A stretch of DNA of 64,000 nucleotides from assembly GCA_965203905.1 (NCBI GenBank), contig CBDBDQ010000005.1, forward strand, positions 128,001 to 192,000, written 5' to 3'. Positions 28,149-38,626 of this stretch are shown here, piece by piece. The stretch comes from Spirochaetia bacterium (lineage in GTDB: Bacteria; Spirochaetota; Spirochaetia; SZUA-6; Bin103). Position 1 is the stretch's first letter; every line of letters starts with the position of its first letter. A model generated the notes under the pieces. It saw only the letters and a list, made by a program, of their open reading frames with translations, had not been told where the DNA came from and did no database searches. The position numbers and the translations under genes were made by a program.

Positions 28149-29501
28149 ATGCGCTACGCCCCCCACACCGAAGCCGAGCTGGCGGCGATGCTGGAGACCA
28201 TCGGCGTGGATTCGGTCGAGGAGCTGTTCGCCGACGTGCCGCACGCGCATCGGTTCCCGCGACTCGACTTGCCGGAGGGAATGAGCGAGCCCGAGGTAGC
28301 GGCGTTATTCCGGCGCCATGCGGGGGCCAACGGGGCACTCGACACCCATAGCTGCTTCCTCGGCGCCGGCGCCTACCACCACTACACGCCGGCGGTGGTG
28401 CCGCACCTGCTGTTCCGGAGCGAGCTGTATACCGCCTACACGCCCTATCAACCGGAGGTGAGCCAGGGGACGCTGCAGACCATCTTCGAGTTTCAGACCA
28501 TGGTCGCCCGCCTGTTCGGGATGGAGGTGGCCAACGCGTCGCTGTACGACGGCTCCACGGCTCTGGCCGAGGCCGCGCTGATGGCCGCCCGGCTGCGTGC
28601 GGGGCGGCGCACGGTGGTGGTCAGCGAGGCGGTCCATCCGGAGTACCGGCAGGTGCTGGCCACCTATCTGTCGGGGATCGGCCTGCGCATTGTCACCGTC
28701 CCCTTCGATCGGGAGACCGGCGAAACCGACCGCGGTGCCCTGTCCGGCGTGCTCGACGCCGACACCGCGGCCGTGCTGACCCAATACCCGAATTTCCTCG
28801 GAGTGATCGAGCCGCTGGCCGAGCTGGTCGAGATGGCCCACGCCGCGGGCGCACTGGCGGTGGCGTCCGCCGACCCGGTAGCCATGGCCATGCTGCGCCC
28901 GCCGGGCGAGTTGGGCGTGGACATCGCCACCGCCGAGGGCCAGCCGCTCGGCATACCGCTGTTCTACGGAGGCCCCTACGTCGGCCTGCTGGCCACGTCG
29001 ATGCGCAACGTGCGGCAGATGCCGGGGCGTCTGGCGGGGGTGGCGCACGACGCCGCCGGCCGGCGCGGGTTCGTGCTTACCCTCAAGCCGCGGGAGCAGG
29101 ACATCCGCCGCGAACGCGCCACCAGCAACATCTGCACCAACGAAGCGCTGATCGCCACTGCCGTTGCCATCTACCTGGCTGCGCTCGGTCCGAACGGGCT
29201 GCAGGAGGTGGCCGACCAATGCTACCATCGCTCGCACTACCTGCAAGCCGAACTGGCGCGGCTGCCCGGCTTCAGCCTGCGATTCTCGGGGCGGTATCTG
29301 CGCGAATTCGCGTTGCGTACGCCGCGACCCCCGGCACACATCAACCGCCGGCTCTGGGAACAGCACGGCATCGTCGGCGGGCTGGATCTGGGACGCTTCG
29401 GCCTCGGGCTGGACGACTGCTGGCTGCTGACGGCGACCGAGTTGAACTCGCGCGCCGACATCGAGCGGCTGGCGACCGCCCTGGCGGAGGCGCCGGCGTG
29501 A
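28149..29501 (+). CDS. gcvPA: Glycine dehydrogenase subunit 1
   Basis: TAYTPYQPEVSQG, NASLYDG, REQDIRRERATSNICTN. Confidence 0.97.
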   Translation: MRYAPHTEAELAAMLETIGVDSVEELFADVPHAHRFPRLDLPEGMSEPEVAALFRRHAGANGALDTHSCFLGAGAYHHYTPAVVPHLLFRSELYTAYTPYQPEVSQGTLQTIFEFQTMVARLFGMEVANASLYDGSTALAEAALMAARLRAGRRTVVVSEAVHPEYRQVLATYLSGIGLRIVTVPFDRETGETDRGALSGVLDADTAAVLTQYPNFLGVIEPLAELVEMAHAAGALAVASADPVAMAMLRPPGELGVDIATAEGQPLGIPLFYGGPYVGLLATSMRNVRQMPGRLAGVAHDAAGRRGFVLTLKPREQDIRRERATSNICTNEALIATAVAIYLAALGPNGLQEVADQCYHRSHYLQAELARLPGFSLRFSGRYLREFALRTPRPPAHINRRLWEQHGIVGGLDLGRFGLGLDDCWLLTATELNSRADIERLATALAEAPA

Positions 29502-31057
29502 CCGCCAGACGCAACTCCGGCAACGGAGACCGCGGACCCACCGCCACGGCGGGAGCGCACGAAGCGCGGATGGGCCCGGTTCCCGCGCCGCCCGGGGCCG
29601 GGCTGCTGCCGGACCAACCGCTGCTGTTCGAGCAGTCGGTTCCCGGTCGTCGGGGGTTGCAGCTTCCGGCGCTTGATGTGCCGCGCGCCACGCCGCTCCC
29701 GGCCGCGTTGCTGCGCACCGAGCTGCCGCTGCCGGAACTCTCGGAGCCGGAGGTGGTGCGCCACTTCACCAACACCTCGCGGCGCAACTTCTCGATCGAC
29801 CAGGGCTTCTACCCGCTCGGCTCGTGCACCATGAAGTACAACCCCAAGATCAACGACCGCGTCGCCGATCTGCCGGGGCTGGCCCTGATCCACCCCTACC
29901 AGGACGAGACCACGGTACCCGGCATGCTGCGCCTGCTCGGCGAGCTGCAGGAGTGGCTGGGCGAGATCGCCGGGTTGCCGGCGGTGTCACTGCAGCCCTC
30001 TGCCGGCGCCCACGGCGAACTGACCGGAGCGCTGATCATCCGCGCCCGGCATGAGGCCGCCGGCCGGCAGCGCACCACGATGCTGGTGCCCGACTCCGCC
30101 CATGGCACCAACCCCGCCACCGTGACGATGGTTGGCTACCGCACCCGCACGGTGCCGACCGGCCCTCGCGGCAACCTCGACTTCGGCGCGCTCCAGGAGG
30201 CGCTGGACGACGATGTCGCCGGCCTGATGATCACCAACCCGAATACGCTTGGGCTGTTCGAGGAACGCATCCTGGAGACGGCCGAAGCAGTGCACGCGGT
30301 CGGCGGGCTGATCTACATGGACGGTGCCAACATGAACGCCATGCTCGGTGCCGCCCGTCCCGGCGACCTGGGGATGGACATCCTGCACTTCAACCTGCAC
30401 AAGACCTTCAGCGTCCCGCACGGCGGCGGCGGCCCCGGCGCGGGGGCGATCGCGGTCACCGCGGAGCTGGCTCCGTTCCTTCCGGAACCGGTGCTGTGCC
30501 GCCGGGGCGATGACTTCCGTTACGACTACGACCGCCCGCAGTCGATCGGCCGTGTGCGCGCCTTCCACGGCAACGTCAACAACGCCGTGCGCGGCTACGC
30601 CTACCTTCGCTCGCTGGGCGGCGACGGCCTCGCCGAGGTCAGCCGCCTGGCGGTGGTAAACGCCAATTACGTACGCGTGCGCCTGCAGGAGGTGCTGGAG
30701 GTGCCGTTCCCGCGCGCCTGCAAGCACGAGGTGGTGTTCAGCGCCCGTCAACTCGCCGCGGAGCACCAGGTGAGCACCCTGGACCTCGCCAAGCGGCTGA
30801 TCGACTACGGCATCCACCCACCGACCATCTACTTCCCCCTCACCGTGCCGGAAGCGCTGATGGTCGAACCGACCGAGACCGAGTCCAAGGCCACCCTCGA
30901 CCACTTCGTCGCCGCGCTGCGCGCCATCCTGGAAGAGGCCGCCGCCAACCCCGACCTGGTGCGCGAAGCGCCCCACTCCACCCCGCTCGGCCGCCTCGAC
31001 GAGGTCACCGCCGCCCGCCGCCCAATCCTGGTCTGGCCCCACGACCAGGCAACCTGA
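29498..31057 (+). CDS. gcvPB: Glycine dehydrogenase subunit 2
   Basis: YPLGSCTMKYNP, SAHGTNPA, PLP-lysine NLHKTF, PHGGGGPG, EPTETESK; GTGA overlap with gcvPA (alternative ATG at 29570). Confidence 0.96.
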   Translation: MTARRNSGNGDRGPTATAGAHEARMGPVPAPPGAGLLPDQPLLFEQSVPGRRGLQLPALDVPRATPLPAALLRTELPLPELSEPEVVRHFTNTSRRNFSIDQGFYPLGSCTMKYNPKINDRVADLPGLALIHPYQDETTVPGMLRLLGELQEWLGEIAGLPAVSLQPSAGAHGELTGALIIRARHEAAGRQRTTMLVPDSAHGTNPATVTMVGYRTRTVPTGPRGNLDFGALQEALDDDVAGLMITNPNTLGLFEERILETAEAVHAVGGLIYMDGANMNAMLGAARPGDLGMDILHFNLHKTFSVPHGGGGPGAGAIAVTAELAPFLPEPVLCRRGDDFRYDYDRPQSIGRVRAFHGNVNNAVRGYAYLRSLGGDGLAEVSRLAVVNANYVRVRLQEVLEVPFPRACKHEVVFSARQLAAEHQVSTLDLAKRLIDYGIHPPTIYFPLTVPEALMVEPTETESKATLDHFVAALRAILEEAAANPDLVREAPHSTPLGRLDEVTAARRPILVWPHDQAT

Positions 31058-31077
31058 CCCTCGGGGAAATAAGAACG

Positions 31078-31452
31078 CTACGCTTCGGCGTCAGGTCTAA
31101 CAGCCCGGCCCCGTATCCGCACTCTACCTGGAGAAATGACGCTGAAAGCAGCAACGAGCTCGTCGCCGCGGCTACCCAACACGGACGACACCATGTTCGC
31201 TTTCACGTCGGCAGACAACCCTGCGAGACGAACGAGCACGACACCGGTAGCGATCCGACCCATACGAAAAACAAGCTCGCCGAAGTCTTTGTCCGACGTG
31301 ATCAGCAAGGCTCCGCTTCGATTGGCTGTATCCAATACAGCATCATCATCGATCCCCGGGTCCAACTCGGCAATATAGAACACAGCGTGTCCGTCCTGGC
31401 GTAGACGCTCGACAATGGGACTATCCACACTCTCGTCTGCAACGAGGTTCAT
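31078..31452 (-). CDS. DUF5615 PIN-like toxin (VapC45-type)
   Basis: LVADES, L...GH.V, D..VL, LITSDKDFGEL. Confidence 0.9.
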   Translation of the reverse strand: MNLVADESVDSPIVERLRQDGHAVFYIAELDPGIDDDAVLDTANRSGALLITSDKDFGELVFRMGRIATGVVLVRLAGLSADVKANMVSSVLGSRGDELVAAFSVISPGRVRIRGRAVRPDAEA

Positions 31453-31682
31453 CCACTCTCGACCGTTACGGGATATACCACATCGGCTCGCAAGACTTCC
31501 GCGGCGAAACTCAACGCGGCCAGCACCCCTTCCTTTGTCAGCCTAGGATACGCGTCCAGAATCTGCTCGATAGTCTCACCTGCGGACAATCTTTCGAGAA
31601 TCAGTTCAACGGTAATGCGTGTTCCGGCGATTACGGGCTTCCCCATCATGACCGCCGGATTGGATTCTACAAACTCAGCCAT
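31449..31682 (-). CDS. DUF433 antitoxin (VapB45-type)
   Basis: P.VMMGKPVIAGTRITV..IL..L..GE..E.IL..YP.LT; ATGA overlap with the toxin. Confidence 0.92.
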   Translation of the reverse strand: MAEFVESNPAVMMGKPVIAGTRITVELILERLSAGETIEQILDAYPRLTKEGVLAALSFAAEVLRADVVYPVTVESG

Positions 31683-31717
31683 CATCAATACTCTACTCCT
31701 TGAACTGTTGACGCGCG

Positions 31718-32476
31718 CTACAGGATCTGGCTGAGGAAGAGCTTGGTGCGGTCGGACTGGGGGTTGTTGAAGAACTCGTCGGGGGTGTTCTGCTCGACGA
31801 TCTGGCCCTCGTCCATCAGCATCACCCGGTCGGCGACCTGGGAGGCGAAGCCCATCTCGTGGGTCACCACCAGCATGGTCATGCCCGATTCGGCGACGTC
31901 CACCATCACGTCGAGCACTTCCTTGATCATCTCGGGGTCCAGCGCCGAGGTGGGCTCGTCGAACAGCATGATCTTGGGACGCATGCACAGCGAGCGGGCG
32001 ATCGCCACCCGCTGCTGCTGGCCGCCGGAGAGCTGACCGGGGTACTTGTGCGCCTGCTCGGGTATCTTCACCCGCTCCAGGAACTCCATCGCCACACCAT
32101 CGGCTTCCTCTTTGGAGACCTTCCGCACCCAGACCGGCGCCAGCGTGCAGTTCTGCAGCACCGTCAGGTGAGGGAACAGGTTGAACTGCTGGAACACCAT
32201 GCCGACCTCGCGGCGAATGGCGTCGATGTTCTTGAGGTCGTTGGTGAGCTCGGTGCCCTCAACCACGATCGATCCCTGCTGGTGCTCCTCCAGCCGGTTG
32301 ATACAGCGAATCAGCGTCGACTTGCCGGAACCCGAGGGACCGCAGATGACGATGCGCTCCTGCCGCGTCACCGTGAGGTCGATGTCGCGCAGCACGTGCA
32401 GGGCACCGAACCACTTGTTGAGGCCGGCGATGCGGATGATCGGCTCGTGGGCAGATGCGTGGTCGGTGTCTGACAT
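31718..32476 (-). CDS. aapP: General L-amino acid ABC transporter ATP-binding protein
   Basis: [32 protein letters not shown]. Confidence 0.92.
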   Translation of the reverse strand: MSDTDHASAHEPIIRIAGLNKWFGALHVLRDIDLTVTRQERIVICGPSGSGKSTLIRCINRLEEHQQGSIVVEGTELTNDLKNIDAIRREVGMVFQQFNLFPHLTVLQNCTLAPVWVRKVSKEEADGVAMEFLERVKIPEQAHKYPGQLSGGQQQRVAIARSLCMRPKIMLFDEPTSALDPEMIKEVLDVMVDVAESGMTMLVVTHEMGFASQVADRVMLMDEGQIVEQNTPDEFFNNPQSDRTKLFLSQIL

Positions 32477-32492
32477 GCTTCGCTCCTTGTCC

Positions 32493-33713
32493 TTAGCGAC
32501 GGGTGGTGTCGAGACGCCTCTCCAGGTTGATCGAGTAGCGCGACATGGAGAAGCAGATTACGAAGAAGAACAGCGCCGCGAGCAGGAAGGTCTCGTGATC
32601 GACCTTGCCGATCCAGTCCGGGTTGGTCTGCAGCAGCCGCGCCTGGCCCAGAATGTCGAACAGGCCGATCGTGATCACCAGGGTGGTGTCCTTGAACAGC
32701 CCGATGAAGGTATTGACGATCCCCGGAATCGAGATCTTCAGCGCCTGCGGCAGGACGACCAGGCGCATCATCTTCCAGTAGCTCAAACCGACAGCCTGCG
32801 CCGCCTCGTACTGGCCGCTCGGAATCGCCTGCAGACCGCCGCGGATCACCTCCGCCATGTAGGCCGAGGAGAAGGCGGTGATCATCACCATGATGCGGAT
32901 GAGCTGATCGAGCGAAACGCCCGCCGGCAGGAACAACTCCAGGATGATGATCGCCACGAACAGCAGCGTGATCAGCGGCACCCCGCGCACCACCTCGATG
33001 AAGCCGACGGAGGCCAGCCGGACCACCGGCAGGCTCGAGCGCCGGCCGAGCGCGAGCAGGATCCCGATCGGCAGCGACAGCACGATGCCGGCAAGTCCCG
33101 CCACCAGGTTGAGCATGAAGCCGCCGAACTGGTCGGTGGAGATGCTGCGAATGCCAAACAGGCTGCCGACGACCTCTCCCTGCTCGTCGTATATCGGCAA
33201 CCCGCCAACCAGCAGAAAGCCGGCGATCAGCACGTAGGCGATCGAGAAACGGCGGCCGTAGCGGGCGTAGGGAAGCTTGTCGAACAGCACGTACGCCACC
33301 GCCGGAATCAGCAGAATCACGGCGACGTTGACCCGCCAGTAGGAATCTGCAGGGTAGAAGCCGTAGAGGAACTGAGTGATGCGTTGGTCGACCCACGCCC
33401 AGCAGGCGCCCTCGCCGGTACACTCCTCCCCGATAACGCCGCTGAAGTCGGCTTGGAACAGGGCCCAACCGAGCAGCGGCGGAATGATGCGCCACAGCAG
33501 CACCAGCGCGACGATGGTCAGCACCGTGTTCAGCCAATTCGAAAACAGGTTGGCGCGCAGCCAGCCGATCACGCCCACGGTGGTGACCGGGGCCGGGCGG
33601 CCGGGCAGCATGTCCGCCCGGCTGCGGTGGAACGCGCCATTGGCGCGGGCCTGCCCCGCGGCTTCGGGATCGCTCACCGTTCCCGACGATTTCATCGATC
33701 TATACGTTCTCAT
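32493..33713 (-). CDS. aapM: General L-amino acid ABC transporter permease
   Basis: [31 protein letters not shown]. Confidence 0.9.
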   Translation of the reverse strand: MRTYRSMKSSGTVSDPEAAGQARANGAFHRSRADMLPGRPAPVTTVGVIGWLRANLFSNWLNTVLTIVALVLLWRIIPPLLGWALFQADFSGVIGEECTGEGACWAWVDQRITQFLYGFYPADSYWRVNVAVILLIPAVAYVLFDKLPYARYGRRFSIAYVLIAGFLLVGGLPIYDEQGEVVGSLFGIRSISTDQFGGFMLNLVAGLAGIVLSLPIGILLALGRRSSLPVVRLASVGFIEVVRGVPLITLLFVAIIILELFLPAGVSLDQLIRIMVMITAFSSAYMAEVIRGGLQAIPSGQYEAAQAVGLSYWKMMRLVVLPQALKISIPGIVNTFIGLFKDTTLVITIGLFDILGQARLLQTNPDWIGKVDHETFLLAALFFFVICFSMSRYSINLERRLDTTRR

Positions 33714-34843
33714 CGTTCTACCAGCGCGATGCGGCGGTTGTACCAGTTCATGAACGCGGAGGTGAGCAGGCTCAGGAACAGGTAGCTGATCATGAAGATG
33801 GAGATCACCTCAAGCGCCTGACCGCTCTGGTTCAGGACGGTGTTTCCGATCGAGACCAGATCCTGGTAGCCGATGGCCACGGCCAGCGAGGAGTTCTTGG
33901 TCAGATTCAGGTACTGGCTGGTCAGGGGCGGGACGATGGCGCGCAGCGCCTGCGGCAGGATGATCTTGCGCAGCGTGAGCCCGGACGGCAGGCCGAGCGC
34001 GCCGGCCGCCTCGGTCTGCCCCCTGTTGACCGACAGAATGCCGGCGCGCACGATCTCGGAGATGAAGGCGCCGGTATAGGTCGCCAGGGCGATCCACAGG
34101 GCGACCAGCTCCGGCGTGACGTTGAAACCGCCCTGCAGGTTGAACCTGCCCATCACCGGCATGTCGAAGGCGACGGGGCGGCCCATGATGAAGTACATGA
34201 GCAGCGGCAGCCCGGCGATCAGCGCCAGCCCGGTCCAGCCCACCGGGAATTTTTCGCCAGTGGCGTCCTGACGGATCCTGGCCCAGCGCGCCAGAATCAC
34301 GGTCGCCGCGATGGCGACGACCAGCCCGATCAGGATCACGATCGAGCCCTCGCCGAACACCGGCGCCGGCATCCGCACGCCGCGGTTGCTGAGGTACACG
34401 GTGTTGGCGATGTTGATGCTGTCGCGCACCCGCGGCAGCGCCAGCAGGATCACCCACCAGAAGATGATCTGCAGCAGCAACGGCACGTTGCGGGTGAACT
34501 CGACGTAGACGGTGACGATCTTGCTGACCAGGAAGTTGCGCGACAGGCGCAACACGCCGGCAAGAAAGCCGATGATGGTGGCCGCGACTATGCCTAGGGC
34601 AGCCACCAGGATGGTGTTGAGGCCGCCGACGATGAACGCACGCCCATAGGTGTGCGTCGAATCGTATTCGATGAGCCGTTGATTGATGTCGAACGCGGAC
34701 GTATCGAACAGGAAGCCGTAACCCGCCGTAAGCCCGTATCGCTGCAGGTTGGCGATCGTGTTCGAGACGATGAACGCGATGAAGAGCGCCGCCCCCAGCA
34801 CCAGCAGGAGCTGCAGGACGAGGCTGCGCGGAGAACCGCTCAT
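33710..34843 (-). CDS. aapQ: General L-amino acid ABC transporter permease
   Basis: RNVPLLLQI, SNRG, GQTEAA.ALGL, QYLNLTKNSSLAVAIGY. Confidence 0.9.
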   Translation of the reverse strand: MSGSPRSLVLQLLLVLGAALFIAFIVSNTIANLQRYGLTAGYGFLFDTSAFDINQRLIEYDSTHTYGRAFIVGGLNTILVAALGIVAATIIGFLAGVLRLSRNFLVSKIVTVYVEFTRNVPLLLQIIFWWVILLALPRVRDSINIANTVYLSNRGVRMPAPVFGEGSIVILIGLVVAIAATVILARWARIRQDATGEKFPVGWTGLALIAGLPLLMYFIMGRPVAFDMPVMGRFNLQGGFNVTPELVALWIALATYTGAFISEIVRAGILSVNRGQTEAAGALGLPSGLTLRKIILPQALRAIVPPLTSQYLNLTKNSSLAVAIGYQDLVSIGNTVLNQSGQALEVISIFMISYLFLSLLTSAFMNWYNRRIALVER

Positions 34844-34889
34844 GAGCGGTCCTCCGCGGCGGCCAGACGATGTAGACCTGCTTGGCGGT

Positions 34890-35915
34890 CTACCGGAACG
34901 GCGGTGCGTAGAGGATGCCTCCATCCTTGTACAGCGCGTTCAGCCCACGTTGCAGGCCCAGCGCAGTGTCCGGACCGATGTACCTGTCGAAGATCTCGGC
35001 GTAGTTGCCCTCCGCCGCAATCGCGCGCACGGCCCACTTCGCGTCAAGCCCGAGCATCTCGCCGTAGCTGCCCTCGGAGCCGAGCATGCGGTTGATCTCC
35101 GGATGGTCGGTGCCCATGGCCATGTCCTCCACGTTGCCCTGGTTCACGCCAAGCTCCTCGGCGATAATCAGCGCGTTGAGCACCCAGCGTGCGATGTCCG
35201 CCCACTGGTCGTCACCGTGGCGTACGAGCGGCCCCAGCGGCTCCTTGGAGATGATCTCCGGATACACCATGTGCGCGTCCGGATCGTCGAAGGTCGCCTT
35301 GGTCGCTGCCAGGCCGGATGCATCCGTGGTGTACACGTCACAACGGTCGGCCTCATAGGCGGCACGTGCCTCGGCGTTGGTCTCGATCGGCACCGGCTCG
35401 TAGCTCATGTTGTTGGTGCGGAAGAAGTCCGCCAGGTTGAGCTCGGTGGTGGTGCCGGTCTGGATGCAAATCGACGCGCCGTCCAGCTCCGTGGCGCTCA
35501 TGACGCCCAGCGCCGTGCGCCCGATGAAGCCCTGACCGTCGTAGTAGTTGACACCCACGAAGGTCAGACCCAGGTCGACGTCGCGCGACAGCGTCCAGGT
35601 GGTGTTGCGCGCCAGCACGTCGATCTCACCCGCCTGCAGTGCCGGGAAGCGGTTCGCGCCGGTCAGGTTGACAAACGAGATCTTGTCCGGGTCTCCAAGG
35701 ACGGCGGCGGCCAGCGCGCGGCAATAGGCCACGTCGAACCCGGTCCAGCGCCCCATGTCGTCAGTGAAGCCGAATCCGGCGAGGCCGGTGTTGATGCCGC
35801 ACTTCAATTCGTCAGCGGCCTGTACATCTTCCAGTGTCCCCGCCTGCACGGCGAAGACCCCCACGAGCGCCACCGCGGCGGCGAGCAACACCACCTTCAC
35901 GTGAACTCTCATCAT
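34890..35915 (-). CDS. aapJ: General L-amino acid ABC transporter substrate-binding protein
   Basis: Signal peptide; RNTTWTLSRD, YYDGQGF, GTTTELN, ISKEPLGP, LYAPPFR; SD AGGAGG. Confidence 0.93.
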   Translation of the reverse strand: MMRVHVKVVLLAAAVALVGVFAVQAGTLEDVQAADELKCGINTGLAGFGFTDDMGRWTGFDVAYCRALAAAVLGDPDKISFVNLTGANRFPALQAGEIDVLARNTTWTLSRDVDLGLTFVGVNYYDGQGFIGRTALGVMSATELDGASICIQTGTTTELNLADFFRTNNMSYEPVPIETNAEARAAYEADRCDVYTTDASGLAATKATFDDPDAHMVYPEIISKEPLGPLVRHGDDQWADIARWVLNALIIAEELGVNQGNVEDMAMGTDHPEINRMLGSEGSYGEMLGLDAKWAVRAIAAEGNYAEIFDRYIGPDTALGLQRGLNALYKDGGILYAPPFR

Positions 35916-35974
35916 CAGCTTACCTCCTGTAGCAAACTGTACGTTAAGTCCTGGAACCTCCCAGGTAGAGCCAT

Positions 35975-36004
35975 AGCGTAAACCGCATGGGGCGTTGTTT
36001 GCAA
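35975..36004 (-). promoter_or_regulatory. Putative sigma70 promoter of the aap operon
   Basis: Minus strand TTGCAA-18 nt-TACGCT in the lower-GC intergenic region. Confidence 0.45.
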
Positions 36005-36094
36005 ATCACTCGCTCTGCCGCTCCCACGCCATCATAGACCTGTCTCCACGTTCAGTGTACCGCACAAGTGGCGTACCGCGCGAAGGACGAGGTG

Positions 36095-36979
36095 TCAGGT
36101 ACGCCAGCGGTGTGGACGGGTGCTCAGCTCCGGGAAGCCGAGCCGCGAGCACAGTTCCAGGAACGGCGCTCGCGGCACGCCGTCCCAGGCGAGGTCGGCG
36201 AGCTCCTCGGCAAGCGGCACGTCCTGGCGCAAGGTGGTGAGCAGGCGGTACAGCCTCACGTCCTCTTCCGCGGCTCGCAGATTCTCCGCCAGCGCCTTGC
36301 GGCCGCGCACCGCCACTGCCCAGTTCGCGGCGTCGCGTGGGATATCGTCCACCGTACTGTAGTAGGAGAGCGTAGCGGCCGCCGACTTGGCGCCCCAGCG
36401 CGGGATTCCTGGGATGCCGTCCGCGCTGTCCCCCACCAGGGCGAGGTAGTCGGGAATCGATGCCGGCGACACGCCGAACTTGTCACGCACGCCGTCCTCG
36501 TCCAGATCGCTGTCGCGCATTCGGTTGCGCGTGACGATCCGCGTGCCCTGCACCAGTTGGGTGAGATCCTTGTCGGGCGAGCAGATGATGATCTGCTCCA
36601 CTTCCGAATGATCGCGCCAGCGGGCGACGGCAGTAGCCAGGGCGTCATCGGCCTCGAACTCGATCATCGGCCACACCACGACGCCGAGACTGCGCACCGC
36701 CTCCTCGGCGGTCCCGAACTGTGCAAGCAACTCCTCGGGTACGCCCTCGCCGGACTTGTAGCCGGGAAAGAGGTCGTTGCGGAACGACTCGATCACATGG
36801 TCGAACGCCACCGCGATGTGTTCCACCTGCTCGCGACGCAGCAGGGCCAGCAGCGACTGCACCAGTCCGCGCACCGCACCGTTGGACGCCGGCCGCTGAT
36901 CCGCGCCCCGGTGGTTGCGGAAGTCGGCGTAGTAGGCGCGGAACAGCTCGTAGGTGCCGTCGACGAGGTACAGCCTCAT
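36095..36979 (-). CDS. Stand-alone 5'-3' exonuclease / flap endonuclease
   Basis: LVDGTYELFRAY, FR..LF.GYK, EADDA, DKDL.Q, ALVGDSADGIPG. Confidence 0.93.
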   Translation of the reverse strand: MRLYLVDGTYELFRAYYADFRNHRGADQRPASNGAVRGLVQSLLALLRREQVEHIAVAFDHVIESFRNDLFPGYKSGEGVPEELLAQFGTAEEAVRSLGVVVWPMIEFEADDALATAVARWRDHSEVEQIIICSPDKDLTQLVQGTRIVTRNRMRDSDLDEDGVRDKFGVSPASIPDYLALVGDSADGIPGIPRWGAKSAAATLSYYSTVDDIPRDAANWAVAVRGRKALAENLRAAEEDVRLYRLLTTLRQDVPLAEELADLAWDGVPRAPFLELCSRLGFPELSTRPHRWRT

Positions 36980-36989
36980 CAGCGGCCGG

Positions 36990-37838
36990 CTACCCGGCGA
37001 GTTGCTGAGGGGGGATGGTGTCCGCCTCCGGGCGCTCCACCGCCCGCCAGTATCCGCTGGGATCGCAGCCGCGGGCGATGATGGCGCTCGGCTCCTCCAC
37101 CTCGCCGGCGTGGCGCACGTCGGGCGGCATGTAGCGAATGGTCAGCCCGCAGCGGCGCCGCCCCGAGAGGTTGGGCAGCGACCCGTGCAACAGCATGTCG
37201 GTGTGCAGCGAGAGCTGGCCGGCACGCAACTCCACCGATACCGGCGTACCGAATCGTTCCGGGTTGTGCACGTGTTCGTTGAGCACCCCGTTCTCCTCGT
37301 CGGTGACGTACTCGAAGGGAATGATTCCGCGCAGGTGGGTGCCGGGCCAGAGCTGCATGGCGCCGTTGGCTTCGTCCACGTCGTCGATGGCGATCCAGGC
37401 GGTGACAACCTTGCTCGGGGTTATCGCCCAGAACTGGGCGTCCTGGTGCCAGTACACCGCCTTGCTGTCGGTGGGGTTCTTCGAGAAGTAGTGGGTCATG
37501 ATGCAGATGATGTTGGGCCCGACGATGTCTTCCACGTAGTCGAGCATGCGGGGGTGGCAAACCAGGTCATACAGACCGCGGCAGTGGTTGTGCCAGCCGT
37601 TCACGGCGTAGTTGTCCAGTCCGGCCGCCGTCGCCATCTCCAGCAGCCGATCGAAATAGGCGCGCTGGGCCGCGGTCTCTTCGGCATCGAGCAACTCCAA
37701 CGGAAAGACATAGCCGTGCTGATTGAAGTGTGCGATCTGCTCGGCCGAGAGGTGGCGCGGAGCTCCGTCGGCCACCGGGAAGAAGCGCAGGTCACGCTCC
37801 AGGCCGGGATGAGCATCGGTGACAGGCATGGGCACCAT
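36990..37838 (-). CDS. Phytanoyl-CoA dioxygenase family protein
   Basis: WHQD, AWIAIDD...ENG, PGTH, LLHGS..N.S..RR. Confidence 0.92.
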   Translation of the reverse strand: MVPMPVTDAHPGLERDLRFFPVADGAPRHLSAEQIAHFNQHGYVFPLELLDAEETAAQRAYFDRLLEMATAAGLDNYAVNGWHNHCRGLYDLVCHPRMLDYVEDIVGPNIICIMTHYFSKNPTDSKAVYWHQDAQFWAITPSKVVTAWIAIDDVDEANGAMQLWPGTHLRGIIPFEYVTDEENGVLNEHVHNPERFGTPVSVELRAGQLSLHTDMLLHGSLPNLSGRRRCGLTIRYMPPDVRHAGEVEEPSAIIARGCDPSGYWRAVERPEADTIPPQQLAG

Positions 37839-37913
37839 TTATGCCATGTGCTACCGGAGCATGCAAGTCAAGCTGCGTGAGCTGCGTACTTGCTCAATGG
37901 GCCGCGCCTTCGG

Positions 37914-38564
37914 TCAGCGCCGTCGGGCGACGATGAGCCCGTCGCGAATCGGCACCAGGGTAGTGATCCAGGCGTCGTCGCCAGTGACCATGCGGGTGAA
38001 TTCACGCACGCCATCGAGATCGGCACCGCTCGCCTCCGGATCGAAGACGCGCCCGCGCAGCAGCATGTTGTCGATGATCAGCACACCGCCCGGGCGCAGC
38101 TTGGCAGCGATCACCGGCAGCGCCGCGGGGTAGCCGTCCTTGTCGATGTCGTTGAAGATCAGGTCGAAGCTGGCGTCCTCCTCCGCGGTGAGCGCCTGCA
38201 CTGCCTCACCGACGTGGTAGCGTACCAGGTCGCCGTAGCCCAGTGCCGCCAGGTGGCGGCGGGCACGCTGCGACAGCTCTTCGTCCCACACCACGTGATG
38301 CACTGCACCGCCCCCGTTTTCCTGGACCGCACGACAGAACCAGGCGGTGGAATAGCCGTAGCCGGAGCCGAGCTCGTACACCTGGCGGGCGCCGATCATG
38401 CGCGCCACCAGGTAGCACAGATTGCCCGAGGCGGGACCCACTATCGGGAAGCGATGCTCCCGTGCCCACTGCTCCATGGATACCAGCTCGGGATGCCGTG
38501 CCGGCACCAGGCCATCCAGGTAGCTGCCCAACTGCTGCGAAAGAGGAGGCGTCGTATCTGCCAT
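37914..38564 (-). CDS. SAM-dependent O-methyltransferase (COMT/YrrM-like)
   Basis: ELGSGYGYS, DLIFNDIDK, GGVLIIDN, IRDGL. Confidence 0.9.
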   Translation of the reverse strand: MADTTPPLSQQLGSYLDGLVPARHPELVSMEQWAREHRFPIVGPASGNLCYLVARMIGARQVYELGSGYGYSTAWFCRAVQENGGGAVHHVVWDEELSQRARRHLAALGYGDLVRYHVGEAVQALTAEEDASFDLIFNDIDKDGYPAALPVIAAKLRPGGVLIIDNMLLRGRVFDPEASGADLDGVREFTRMVTGDDAWITTLVPIRDGLIVARRR

Positions 38565-38626
38565 CGTGGGTCCAGCCTGAACCGCGCGGCGCGGTCGTGG
38601 CAAGCACCGGGCGGTGGCGAGACTGG

